From assembly GCA_964422865.1 (NCBI GenBank), contig CAYRCU010000002.1, positions 8,323 through 72,322 on the forward strand: a stretch of 64,000 bases of DNA. The letters run 5' to 3'. Within the stretch, counting starts at the first letter, position 1. Each line of letters opens with the position of its first letter. Of the stretch, positions 37,293-46,316 are shown one piece after another. This stretch comes from an uncultured Gammaproteobacteria bacterium. Lineage in GTDB: Bacteria; Patescibacteriota; Microgenomatia; UBA8517. The notes below the pieces were generated by a model. That model had not been told where the DNA came from. It did not search any database and saw only the letters and a program-made list of their open reading frames with translations. The position numbers and the translations under genes were made by a program.

Positions 37293-38999
37293 ATGAAATT
37301 TAGCAGACTTTCTGAGTATTTAGAAAAACTTGAGGAGACTTCTTCCAGGCTTTTGATTACAAAGATATTGTCGGAGCTTTTTGAGGAAACTTCTGTAAAT
37401 GAAATTAAAAAGGTGGTGTATTTGATATTGGGGAAGCTTGGTCCTAGTTATGAAAACAAAGTCTTTAATGTTGCGGACAAGGTAATGCTTGTAGCTGTTG
37501 CACGGGCGTATGGCAGGAAGCCTGATGAGGTAAGAGAGTTGTATAAGAAAAAAGGGGACTTGGGAGATGTGGCCAGTGAGCTGGGTGGAAGAACCGAAAG
37601 TGCTTTGAGCGTGAATGCGGTTTACGAGAGGCTTCTTGAGATTTCTGAGGAGGAGAAAAAAGGAAGTGTTGAAAGGAAAATTGAGGGGATTTCTGATCTA
37701 TTAGGAGAACTTGATTTAAGGAGCGCGAAATATGTTGTAAGGATAGTGTTAGGGAAATTGAGGTTGGGTTTTTCAGATAAGACGATTTTGGATGCTTTGA
37801 GTTTTTTGGAAGCGGGGGACAAGAGTTTGAAGGAAGAGCTTGATCGGGAATATCAAGTGTTTCCGGATCCGGGGCTTTTGGCAGAGAGGGTTAAGAGAGG
37901 GGTAAAAAGGACTGTGAAGGGAGTACAACCTGTTATTGGAGTACCGGTTCTTTCGATGCTTGCTCAAAGAATTAAAACTCCAAGTGAGATGATTGAGAAA
38001 ATGGGAAGAGTTGCTGTTGAGCCAAAGTTTGATGGACTGCGGATTCAGATTCATTACAAAAAAGGAAAAAATGATTTTGTGAAGGCCTTTACCAGAAATT
38101 TGAAGGAAGTTAGTTGGATGTTTCCTGAGTTGATTGAGGTTGGAAAGCAATTAAAGGTAAGGAGCGCGATAATTGATACGGAAGCAGTGGGTCTTTCGGA
38201 AGATGCAAAGAAGATGGTTAGTTTTCAAATGACAATGACAAGGAGGAGGAAGCATGAAGTAAAGAAACACTCAGTAAAAACTCCTATTGTTTTTCAAGCA
38301 TTTGATGTTTTGAGTGTTGATGGAGAAAGCATGATGGATAAGGATTATTTGAGGAGAAGAGGGGTGTTGGAGAGAATTGTTGGGGAAGGAAAACTTTTGA
38401 GGGTAGATGAGTATGTGATTACTGATAGTGCGAAGGTTATTGAAAGGAAACATGGAGAATGGATAAAAAAGGGACTTGAGGGAGTAATTGTGAAGAAAGT
38501 GGACGGGAAGTATGTTCCCGGGAGGACCGGCTGGCGATGGGTGAAGATGAAAGAGGAAATTGGGAGATATGCAAAATTATCTGATACTGTGGATTGTGTG
38601 GTAATGGGGTATTACCGGGGAAGAGGAAAGAGAGTGAGCTTTGGTGTGGGAGGGTTTTTGGTTGGGCTTTTTGAGGGCGGGAAAGTGTTGACTTTGACCA
38701 AGATTGGGACAGGGTTGACTGATGCTCAGTTTAGAGAGTTGAAAGAGAGACTTTTAAAGCTTGAAGTGAGGACGAAGCCAAAAGAGTATGGAAAGATTGC
38801 CCGTGCTCTTGTTCCGGACCGGTGGGTGAGGCCCGGTTTGGTTGTTGAGGTTGCTGCGGATGAGATTACTAAAAGCCCTTCTCATTCGGCGGGGTTTGCA
38901 CTACGTTTTCCGAGACTGGTTAGATTTCGGGACGACAAGGGTGTGGAGCAGACAACGAGCCTGGGTGAATTAAAGAAATTGTATGAATTGCAAAGATGA
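37293..38999 (+). CDS. ATP-dependent DNA ligase (archaeal/eukaryote-type LigB family)
   Basis: Adenylation KxDG motif EPKFDGLR; nucleotidyltransferase plus OB-fold layout; 568 aa. Confidence 0.8.
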   Translation: MKFSRLSEYLEKLEETSSRLLITKILSELFEETSVNEIKKVVYLILGKLGPSYENKVFNVADKVMLVAVARAYGRKPDEVRELYKKKGDLGDVASELGGRTESALSVNAVYERLLEISEEEKKGSVERKIEGISDLLGELDLRSAKYVVRIVLGKLRLGFSDKTILDALSFLEAGDKSLKEELDREYQVFPDPGLLAERVKRGVKRTVKGVQPVIGVPVLSMLAQRIKTPSEMIEKMGRVAVEPKFDGLRIQIHYKKGKNDFVKAFTRNLKEVSWMFPELIEVGKQLKVRSAIIDTEAVGLSEDAKKMVSFQMTMTRRRKHEVKKHSVKTPIVFQAFDVLSVDGESMMDKDYLRRRGVLERIVGEGKLLRVDEYVITDSAKVIERKHGEWIKKGLEGVIVKKVDGKYVPGRTGWRWVKMKEEIGRYAKLSDTVDCVVMGYYRGRGKRVSFGVGGFLVGLFEGGKVLTLTKIGTGLTDAQFRELKERLLKLEVRTKPKEYGKIARALVPDRWVRPGLVVEVAADEITKSPSHSAGFALRFPRLVRFRDDKGVEQTTSLGELKKLYELQR

Positions 39000-39025
39000 G
39001 TGAAGAGATATGTTAGGATGAGAGT

Positions 39026-41476
39026 ATGCCTGGAGACGGGGTGGGATTGACTTCTTCTGAGGCTCGAAAGCTAATTGGCAAGCATGGACCCAACGTCCTG
39101 CCTGAAAAGCCGCCGCCGAGTGCACTTTTTGTTCTTTTGTCTCAATTTAGAAACCCTCTTGTATATGTTTTGATTGCTGCCGGATTGATTACCTTTTTTT
39201 TGAGAGAAACTGTAGATACGACAATTATCTTTTTGGCGGTTGCTGTGAATACTGTTTTAGGGTTTGTACAGGAAGAGAAGGCAAGCCGCGCTTTTGAAGC
39301 CTTAAAGAAACTTTTGCATCCTACTGCGAAGGTGATTCGTGATGGAGAGGTAACTGAGATTGGTGTAGAGGAAGTGACGGTTGGGGACGTAGTTGTTTTA
39401 GAACAGGGCAGCAAAATTCCTGCGGGTGGAGAACTTTTGGAGGCTAACAGACTTAATGTGGGTGAGGCAATTTTAACAGGAGAGTCTCGTGATGTTTTAA
39501 AAAAGGTAGGGGATCAGGTATTTATGGGAACGGTTGTGACGGCAGGAATTGGAAGAATGAGGGTAACTCGTGTTGGGGAAGATACTGAGATAGGGAAGAT
39601 TGCTATACGTGTGCAGGAGGTTCAAGAAGATACACCACTTCGGAAACAGCTTTCGGGATTTAGCAGACGGTTAACATATTTGGTTATTGTGCTGATGGTT
39701 TTGGTATTTGTTGTGGGGATTTTTTCAGGGAGAAGTTTGACCCAGATATTTGTTATTTCTGTTGCTCTTGCTGTGAGCAGTATTCCTGAGGGACTGTTGG
39801 TAGCACTTACTGTGGTGCTTGCGATTGGGATGCAGAGAATTGCGAAAAGACGCGGATTGGTTCGAAGCTTGGTGTCTGCAGAGACTTTGGGAGGAGTGAC
39901 CAAGATTTGTGTTGATAAAACCGGGACGTTAACTGAAGGGAAAATGAGAGTTGTTGGGGTTTTGGGGGATTTACGAGATCTTTCTTTACAAGCTTTGGTT
40001 GCGAATGATTTAGATGATCCAATAGTTGTTTCAGCTTGGGAGTGGGCCAGTGGGAAGCTCGGAAAGGAAGCGGCGAGGCGCAAAATTAAAAAGCATGAGC
40101 GAATTGACAGTATTCCTTTTTCTTCGAAGAATCGTTTTTTTGCGAGTCTTAATAAATGGAGCGAGGACGAAAATATGATTTTTGTAAATGGAGCACCGGA
40201 ATATTTGCTTGAGTGGAGTAGTCTTTCTGAGGCATCTAAAAGAGAGGTTGAAGATGTTATTAACAAATTGACGATGGAAGGAAAGAGGATTGTGGGTTTT
40301 GCAAGAAAAGAGACGCTTCTTGGGAAAACTCGTTTGAGAGATCGGGATGTGAAGAGCGGTCTTGTTTGGGTTGGGATGCTTGTCTTTAGTGATCCTGTGA
40401 GAAAAGGAGTAAGGGGAGCTTTGGAGAAGGCTCAGAAAGCTGGTGTGGATGTGGTGGTTATTACAGGAGATTATCCCAAAACAGCGAAACATGTAATGGA
40501 CGAGCTGGGAATACCGGTTTCCGAGAAGGAAATTATACTTGGAAGCAATATTTTGCATTATAAAGTGAAAAAACTTTCGAGAATAATTGCTGAACGGGAT
40601 ATACGGCTTTTTGCGAGAACTACACCTGAGCAGAAGCTAAAGATAGTGGAGGCCCTGAAGAGAAACGGTGAGGTGGTTGCAATGATGGGAGATGGAGTGA
40701 ATGATGCACCTGCCCTGAAGAGAGCCGATATTGGGATTGTTGTGGGAAGTGCTGCGGATGTAGCTAAGGAAGCTGCTGATTTGGTACTTTTGGACAGCAA
40801 TTTTGCGACGATAATTTCTGCAATTGAAGAGGGACGTGGGATATTTGACAATATTAGAAAGATTATTCTTTACTTGATGAGTGACGCTTTCGAGGAAATT
40901 GTCGCTGTGATGGGGGCGATTATTCTTGGATTTCCACTTCCTGTGACTGCGGCTCAAATTCTTTGGATTAATCTTATTTCTGATGGGCTTCCTGATTTGG
41001 CTTTGACTGTTGATCCCAAGCTTCCTGGAATAATGAAGAGAAAGCCCAGATCTTCGGAGGAGAACATAGTGGCTCTTTGGATGAAAGAATTAATTGGGAT
41101 AGTAAGTGTGAGTGGGGGACTTATGGCTTTGGGACTTTTTTCTTACTTTTGGTTGACGACGGGAAATCTTACTCTTTCAAGGAGTATTGCTTTTGCTTCT
41201 TTGGGAATAAACTCTTTGGTATATGTTTTTTCAGTGAGAACTTTGAAGGAGCCTTTTTGGAGGGAGAACCTGTTTGGGAACAAATGGCTGAATTTAGCGG
41301 TTTTTGGGGGACTGATACTTCAATTTTTGCCGTTTGTTTACCTTCCTTTGAGCAGGTTTTTGGGAGTTGAGGCCTTGAGCCTTGGGAAGTGGGCTTTGGT
41401 GTTTCTTGTGGCAGGAATAATGTTTATAATGATAGAAGGTTTAAAATATATTTTTAGGAGGACTTCCAGATGGTAG
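39026..41476 (+). CDS. P-type ATPase, type IIA (Ca2+-translocating-like)
   Basis: CVDKTGTLTEG phosphorylation site; MMGDGVNDAPAL hinge; TGES-like actuator region; 10 TM architecture. Confidence 0.85.
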   Translation: MPGDGVGLTSSEARKLIGKHGPNVLPEKPPPSALFVLLSQFRNPLVYVLIAAGLITFFLRETVDTTIIFLAVAVNTVLGFVQEEKASRAFEALKKLLHPTAKVIRDGEVTEIGVEEVTVGDVVVLEQGSKIPAGGELLEANRLNVGEAILTGESRDVLKKVGDQVFMGTVVTAGIGRMRVTRVGEDTEIGKIAIRVQEVQEDTPLRKQLSGFSRRLTYLVIVLMVLVFVVGIFSGRSLTQIFVISVALAVSSIPEGLLVALTVVLAIGMQRIAKRRGLVRSLVSAETLGGVTKICVDKTGTLTEGKMRVVGVLGDLRDLSLQALVANDLDDPIVVSAWEWASGKLGKEAARRKIKKHERIDSIPFSSKNRFFASLNKWSEDENMIFVNGAPEYLLEWSSLSEASKREVEDVINKLTMEGKRIVGFARKETLLGKTRLRDRDVKSGLVWVGMLVFSDPVRKGVRGALEKAQKAGVDVVVITGDYPKTAKHVMDELGIPVSEKEIILGSNILHYKVKKLSRIIAERDIRLFARTTPEQKLKIVEALKRNGEVVAMMGDGVNDAPALKRADIGIVVGSAADVAKEAADLVLLDSNFATIISAIEEGRGIFDNIRKIILYLMSDAFEEIVAVMGAIILGFPLPVTAAQILWINLISDGLPDLALTVDPKLPGIMKRKPRSSEENIVALWMKELIGIVSVSGGLMALGLFSYFWLTTGNLTLSRSIAFASLGINSLVYVFSVRTLKEPFWRENLFGNKWLNLAVFGGLILQFLPFVYLPLSRFLGVEALSLGKWALVFLVAGIMFIMIEGLKYIFRRTSRW

Positions 41477-42441
41477 TTTTATATTTGTTGCTGCTTTTGC
41501 TTCTTTCTTTTGTTTTGGTGAAATCTGCGGATGTGGTGATTGTATCTCTTAAAAAGATATCAAGAAAAACCAGAACAGGCGTACTTGCGATGAGCACCAT
41601 AGTCTTGGCGTTGGGGACCAGCTTGCCTGAGCTTTTTGTGGGGGTTACTAGTGCTTTGGAGGGAGTAGGTAATTTGGGTTTGGGGGTAGTTATTGGGAGC
41701 AATATAGCAAATATTTCACTGGTTGCGGGTATTACAGGTTTAACTGTCGGGCGTGTTAAGATTGATGGCCGATTTTTGCGACGTGATGTGGGGGTTGCGC
41801 TTATTGCGGGAGTTGCACCTTTGATACTTCTTTTGGATGGGACTTTAAGTAGGGTAGATGGGTTGGTACTGCTTTCCATATATGGAGTTTATTCAACAAG
41901 TATTTTTAAAAAGAGGTATAGAGAAATTGCTACTGATAGGCCTGAGGAAGACACGTTCCACAAAATGTTTAGCAAGTTAACGCATATTGGTGGGAAAGGG
42001 TCGCGAGAGTATGCAAGACTGTTCTTGGGTGTGGTTTTAATGCTTCTTTCTGCTGATTTGATTGTGAAAGTGTCACAGGTTTTAGCTTCGTTGATGGGGG
42101 TTCCGGTTTTGGTGGTGGGTTTTTTGATTTTGGCTGTGGGGACCAGCTTGCCTGAGCTTGCGTTTTCACTGAGGAGTTTGGAGGATCATACGCCCAGTAT
42201 GTTTTTTGGAAATTTGTTGGGGAGTACAATTGCCAACTCGACCATGATAATTGGTATATCATCTTTGATTAGTCCAATTATTGTGGTAGCCACTTGGGAA
42301 TATGTTGTTGCCACGGTGGTTTTTGTAATAGCATTTTTGATTTTTTGGGTCTTTATTAAGAGTAAACATAGGCTGGACAGATGGGAGGCTGGGATTTTAC
42401 TTTTTGTTTATGCTATCTTTGTATTAGTAGAGTTTCTATGA
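41470..42441 (+). CDS. CaCA family sodium/calcium exchanger (YrbG-like)
   Basis: Two alpha-repeat motifs, GTSLPELFVG and GTSLPELAFS; polytopic membrane protein. Confidence 0.75.
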   Translation: MVVLYLLLLLLLSFVLVKSADVVIVSLKKISRKTRTGVLAMSTIVLALGTSLPELFVGVTSALEGVGNLGLGVVIGSNIANISLVAGITGLTVGRVKIDGRFLRRDVGVALIAGVAPLILLLDGTLSRVDGLVLLSIYGVYSTSIFKKRYREIATDRPEEDTFHKMFSKLTHIGGKGSREYARLFLGVVLMLLSADLIVKVSQVLASLMGVPVLVVGFLILAVGTSLPELAFSLRSLEDHTPSMFFGNLLGSTIANSTMIIGISSLISPIIVVATWEYVVATVVFVIAFLIFWVFIKSKHRLDRWEAGILLFVYAIFVLVEFL

Positions 42442-42475
42442 AACTAGACAAGTTGTTTTAAGGGGGTGATTAATA

Positions 42476-42802
42476 ATGGCAGTTAGTGATAAAGGTAAAT
42501 TAGGGTTAAAGAGAGAAACAGCGGGAGCTTTGGCTTATTTGTTGGGGCCTGTTACCGGACTTTTGTTTTTGGTTGCTGAGAGTGACGAGTATGTGAGGTT
42601 TCACGCTATGCAATCAGTGGTATTTTCCGTGGCGGTTTTTGTGCTTAATACCGTTTTGACAATTTCCGTTATTTTGGCGGTTTTAGTTCCTCTTTTGGCC
42701 CTTTTTGAGTTTGCGGTGTGGCTTTTTTTGATGTATCAAGCTTCTCAGGGGAAAAAGTGGGAGATACCCTTTTTGGAAAAATTGGTGTATAAGTTTCTTT
42801 AA
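42476..42802 (+). CDS. small membrane protein (hypothetical)
   Basis: 108 aa with 2-3 TM helices. Confidence 0.35.
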   Translation: MAVSDKGKLGLKRETAGALAYLLGPVTGLLFLVAESDEYVRFHAMQSVVFSVAVFVLNTVLTISVILAVLVPLLALFEFAVWLFLMYQASQGKKWEIPFLEKLVYKFL

Positions 42803-43350
42803 TGAGGGTGATTGTGGGATTGGGAAATCCGGGAGAGGAACATGAGGGGACGCGGCATAATGTTGGTTTTTGGGTGGTTGAAAGACTTGGTGTGGTAGGG
42901 GACGCTTTATTTTCTGTTCGCAAAAAGCTGGAGAGTGAGATATTGGTGATTGGAGACCTGGTTCTTGCAAAACCTACCACTTATATGAATTCGTCGGGGA
43001 GAGCCGTTTCTAAGTTGCTGGGTTATTACAAGGTTTCTTTAGATGAGTTTTATGTGGTGCACGATGACTTGGATATAGCTTTGGGGGAATACAAAATTCA
43101 AAAGGGAAAGGGGCCGAAGGATCACAAAGGTGTGGAGTCTATTGAAGGGAATGTCGGAAGCAAGAGTTTTTGGAGAGTTAGAGTTGGAGTTGAGAACAGA
43201 GGCAAAGAAAACGGGCGCGGCCAGGTTGGGCGCGCTCACAAAATTTCTGGGAGGGATTACGTGCTTCGGAAGTTTAGTGCAAGTGAGAAAGAGAAGATTG
43301 ATAAAGTTATAGAGAAAGTTGTTGTAGATTTGAAAGCAAGACTTTTATGA
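42802..43350 (+). CDS. pth: peptidyl-tRNA hydrolase
   Basis: MRVIVGLGNPGEEHEGTRHNVGF N-terminus characteristic of Pth. Confidence 0.85.
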   Translation: MRVIVGLGNPGEEHEGTRHNVGFWVVERLGVVGDALFSVRKKLESEILVIGDLVLAKPTTYMNSSGRAVSKLLGYYKVSLDEFYVVHDDLDIALGEYKIQKGKGPKDHKGVESIEGNVGSKSFWRVRVGVENRGKENGRGQVGRAHKISGRDYVLRKFSASEKEKIDKVIEKVVVDLKARLL

Positions 43351-43634
43351 GTAAGAAGGATTTTGTTGCCATTGGTGATGTTTTGGATAATTATGATGTG
43401 GAGGAAGATAAATATATTTCCAGGGAGTTCCAGAAGTATGGGTATGATCTGGCAAAAGAGCTGGGAGATTTGAAACACAAGGCACTTTATATAAAGCTCG
43501 CTAAGGAAACACCCAGAGGTTTTTTAGAAGCTGCCAGGAATTTTGTAAAGGATGCTCAGAGGGTGAGAAGCAAACCAAGACTTTTTATGTGGAAGCTTTC
43601 AAAACTGAAAGCTGAACACACAAAAGCGAAGTGA
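43347..43634 (+). CDS. hypothetical protein whose 3' end seeds a tandem repeat
   Basis: 95 aa; C-terminus LFMWKLSKLKAEHTKAK is duplicated three times downstream. Confidence 0.35.
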   Translation: MSKKDFVAIGDVLDNYDVEEDKYISREFQKYGYDLAKELGDLKHKALYIKLAKETPRGFLEAARNFVKDAQRVRSKPRLFMWKLSKLKAEHTKAK

Positions 43635-43805
43635 TTATGTGGAAGCTTTCGCAGCTGAAAGCGAAGAAGGCTGAACACACAAAAGCGAAGTGATTATGTG
43701 GAAGCTTTCAAAACTGAAGGCTGAACACACAAGAACAGAGTGATTATGTGGAAGCTTTCAAAACTGAAAGCGGAGAAAGCGACAAACAAGGGAAGAAAGA
43801 AGAAT
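43585..43805. repeat. 4 tandem units (50-62 bp), each a mini-ORF MWKLSKLKAE... with its own ATG and TGA
   Basis: TTATGTGGAAGCTTTCAAAACTGAAAGCTGAACACACAAAAGCGAAGTGA and variants at 43585, 43635, 43694 and 43744. Confidence 0.8.
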
Positions 43806-44040
43806 GACGAGAAGAAAGGTAAGAATTCTAATTAGTGGGAGAGTGCAGGGGGTCTTTTTTAGGGCGTTTGTGAGAAAAAACATGAAGAAGCTTGGTGTTT
43901 GTGGGTGGGTGAAAAATTTGCCCGATGGGAGAGTTGAGGCGGAGTTTGAGGGAGAAGCCGGGAAAGTAAACGAAATGATAAATCTTTGCAGGAAAGGGCC
44001 CAGGCTTGCAAGAGTGGATAGGCTGGAGGAAGAGAGTTGA
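43804..44040 (+). CDS. acyP: acylphosphatase
   Basis: GRVQGVFFRAF and GWVKNLPDGRVEAEFEG signatures; 78 aa. Confidence 0.8.
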   Translation: MTRRKVRILISGRVQGVFFRAFVRKNMKKLGVCGWVKNLPDGRVEAEFEGEAGKVNEMINLCRKGPRLARVDRLEEES

Positions 44041-44609
44041 AGGCGGGTGAAAAAAGGGGCAGAATGGATGTAATGATAAAAGGAGAGTTTTTACTTCATT
44101 TACTAACGACTGCTTTATTTTTTTCTCTGGTGATTCTTTTTAAAAGATGGTTTGACTTTAGTTATTGGCCCTTTTTAGCAGGCGGACTGATGGGTGCTTA
44201 CTTGCCGGATCTGGATCACCTTATTTATGTCTTGCTGTTGCGGCCGCATGACTTGACCAGTCAGAGAGTGAACCACTTGATGAGGGCCAGGAGGTTCGGG
44301 GCGGCCTTGGGCCTTCTTAGCAGAACATGCAAGCAGAGAAGAGAGCTTGTTTTTCATACGATACTTTTTCAGGTCTCTTTTTTTATTTTTGCATTTTTTG
44401 TTGTAACAAGCACGGAGAGCTTGCTGGGCAGAGGGATTGTTTTGGCATTTTTATTACATCTGCTGGTTGAGGAGGCGCAGGATTTGATTAGTTTGAAGAA
44501 TATTGATAAATGGGTTTCTGATTTACCGGTTTTATTGGACTTAAATTGGGCAAGTTTGTATTGGGTGGGGAATTTGCTGGCTCTTTTGGTGTTGGGGTTT
44601 ATGCTTTAA
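44037..44609 (+). CDS. membrane protein, possible membrane-bound metal-dependent hydrolase (DUF457-like)
   Basis: Multi-TM; LPDLDHLIY motif; the track gives a TTG start, while an ATG at 44064 is an alternative. Confidence 0.35.
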   Translation: MKAGEKRGRMDVMIKGEFLLHLLTTALFFSLVILFKRWFDFSYWPFLAGGLMGAYLPDLDHLIYVLLLRPHDLTSQRVNHLMRARRFGAALGLLSRTCKQRRELVFHTILFQVSFFIFAFFVVTSTESLLGRGIVLAFLLHLLVEEAQDLISLKNIDKWVSDLPVLLDLNWASLYWVGNLLALLVLGFML

Positions 44610-44680
44610 TTACTGATTGCTTTGGTTGTTGACTAGTGTTGTGAAAACTGGGTATAGTATTAACGTTGTAAGTTTTATTT

Positions 44681-45004
44681 ATGGCAGTTAAAACGGTTAC
44701 GAGTAAAAATTTCGAAGAGAAGGTTTTGAAGGCTTCGATTCCTGTTGTGGCTGATTTTTGGGCTCCCTGGTGTGGTCCCTGTAAAATGGCGGAGCCGGTT
44801 TTGAAAGAGCTTAGTGAAGAATATGAAGGGAAGGTTGATTTTGTGAAGATTAATGTTGATGACGAGCAGGCGCTTGTCGGTAAGTATTCTATTATGTCTA
44901 TTCCTACCACGGTCTTGTTTAAAGAGGGGAAGGAGATGGGCAGGAGGATTGGTTTTTCTGGCAAACAGGGATTTGAAGATTTAGTTAAGAAGGGGGTGAT
45001 GTAG
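44681..45004 (+). CDS. trxA: thioredoxin
   Basis: WAPWCGPCK active site; 107 aa. Confidence 0.85.
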   Translation: MAVKTVTSKNFEEKVLKASIPVVADFWAPWCGPCKMAEPVLKELSEEYEGKVDFVKINVDDEQALVGKYSIMSIPTTVLFKEGKEMGRRIGFSGKQGFEDLVKKGVM

Positions 45005-45298
45005 ATGGACCCAATTAATAATGACAAACAAGATCCAGTAGTACAGCCAGCGGGCGATCAGCCGGTTGAGCCAGCGGCACCTGTGACAGATCCAGGTGTG
45101 TCTCCTGCTACTCCTTCAGCGGACCCAAGCGTGTCTCCTGCTACTCCTTCAGCGGCGGCAGACGAGAGTGTGCCAACGACAGACGAGAGTGTGCCAGCGG
45201 CACCTGTGACAGATCCAGGTGTGTCTCCTGCTACTCCTTCAGCGGCGGCAGGTGAAGCAGTTGATGAGAAGGAGCCTGAGGAGACTCCTGTTACTTAA
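45005..45298 (+). CDS. Pro/Ala/Thr/Ser-rich low-complexity repeat protein (hypothetical)
   Basis: Internal nucleotide repeat CCTGTGACAGATCCAGGTGTGTCTCCTGCTACTCCTTCAGCGGCGG at about 45081 and 45196; encodes PVTDPGVSPATPSA repeats. Confidence 0.35.
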   Translation: MDPINNDKQDPVVQPAGDQPVEPAAPVTDPGVSPATPSADPSVSPATPSAAADESVPTTDESVPAAPVTDPGVSPATPSAAAGEAVDEKEPEETPVT

Positions 45299-45329
45299 GG
45301 TTGCAAGAGAATAGATTAAGTAGAGATAT

Positions 45330-46304
45330 ATGAGTGAAGTATTTGCTGCGGAGCCGAAGAGGGGGAAACCTTGGGATGTTTGTATTGTGGGTTCCGGTCC
45401 TTCTGCTTTGGCTTCCGGGATTTATACGGTTCGCGGTGCTGCTTCGACTTTGATTTTGGGTGGGGAAAGGTGGGGAGGACAGTTAATGCTTACGAGCGAA
45501 GTTGATAACTTCCCCGGGTTTCCTGAGGGAATTAAGGGACCCGAGCTTATGAGTAGGATGCGCAAACAAGCGGAGAGGTTCGGGGCTGTTGTTCGTGAAG
45601 AGAATGTGATTGGAGTTGACTTTTCTTCGAGGCCGTTTTTATTAAAAACCGGAAGTGAGGAGTATAGAGCAATGGCTGTGATTGTTGCGACCGGCGCTGA
45701 GACGCGCTGGCTTGGGGTTCCCGGCGAGAAAAAGTTGATTGGAAGAGGAATAAGTTCCTGTGCTCCTTGTGATGCTCCCTTTTTTAAGAACAAGAAAGTT
45801 ATTGTTGTTGGTGGAGGGGACAGCGCGATGGAGGAAGCGCTTGTTTTAACAAAGTATGCAAGTGAAGTGACCATAATTCACAGAAGAGATAAATTAAGAG
45901 CCAGTGAAGCGATGCAGGTGAAGGTTAGGTCAAACTCAAAAATAAAAATTGTGTGGGATAGTGAAGTTGTGGAGTTTGTTGGTGAGAAGAAGCTTGAAAA
46001 GGTAAGACTAAAGAATAATGAAACTGGTGAAGAGAGTGAGATGAATGTGGAGGGAGCGTTTGTGGCAATAGGAAGCAACCCTGCTACGAAGGTATTTGAG
46101 GGTGTGTTGAGATTGGGAGAAGGGGGACATATAGAGAGGGATCCTACTGGGGAGTATTTGATGAAAACCAATATTGAAGGAGTGTTTGTGTCGGGGGACG
46201 TGCATGATTACAGATATAAGCAGGCTGTGACAGCGGCTGGGTATGGATGTATGGCCGGACTTGAGGTCTTAAAATACCTTGACAAGGAGATTCCCTCCTA
46301 TTAG
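45330..46304 (+). CDS. trxB: thioredoxin-disulfide reductase
   Basis: FAD motif IVGSGPSALASGIY; redox-active CAPCD; second Rossmann motif VVGGGDSAMEEA. Confidence 0.85.
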   Translation: MSEVFAAEPKRGKPWDVCIVGSGPSALASGIYTVRGAASTLILGGERWGGQLMLTSEVDNFPGFPEGIKGPELMSRMRKQAERFGAVVREENVIGVDFSSRPFLLKTGSEEYRAMAVIVATGAETRWLGVPGEKKLIGRGISSCAPCDAPFFKNKKVIVVGGGDSAMEEALVLTKYASEVTIIHRRDKLRASEAMQVKVRSNSKIKIVWDSEVVEFVGEKKLEKVRLKNNETGEESEMNVEGAFVAIGSNPATKVFEGVLRLGEGGHIERDPTGEYLMKTNIEGVFVSGDVHDYRYKQAVTAAGYGCMAGLEVLKYLDKEIPSY

Positions 46305-46316
46305 ACTTGGGCTTGC

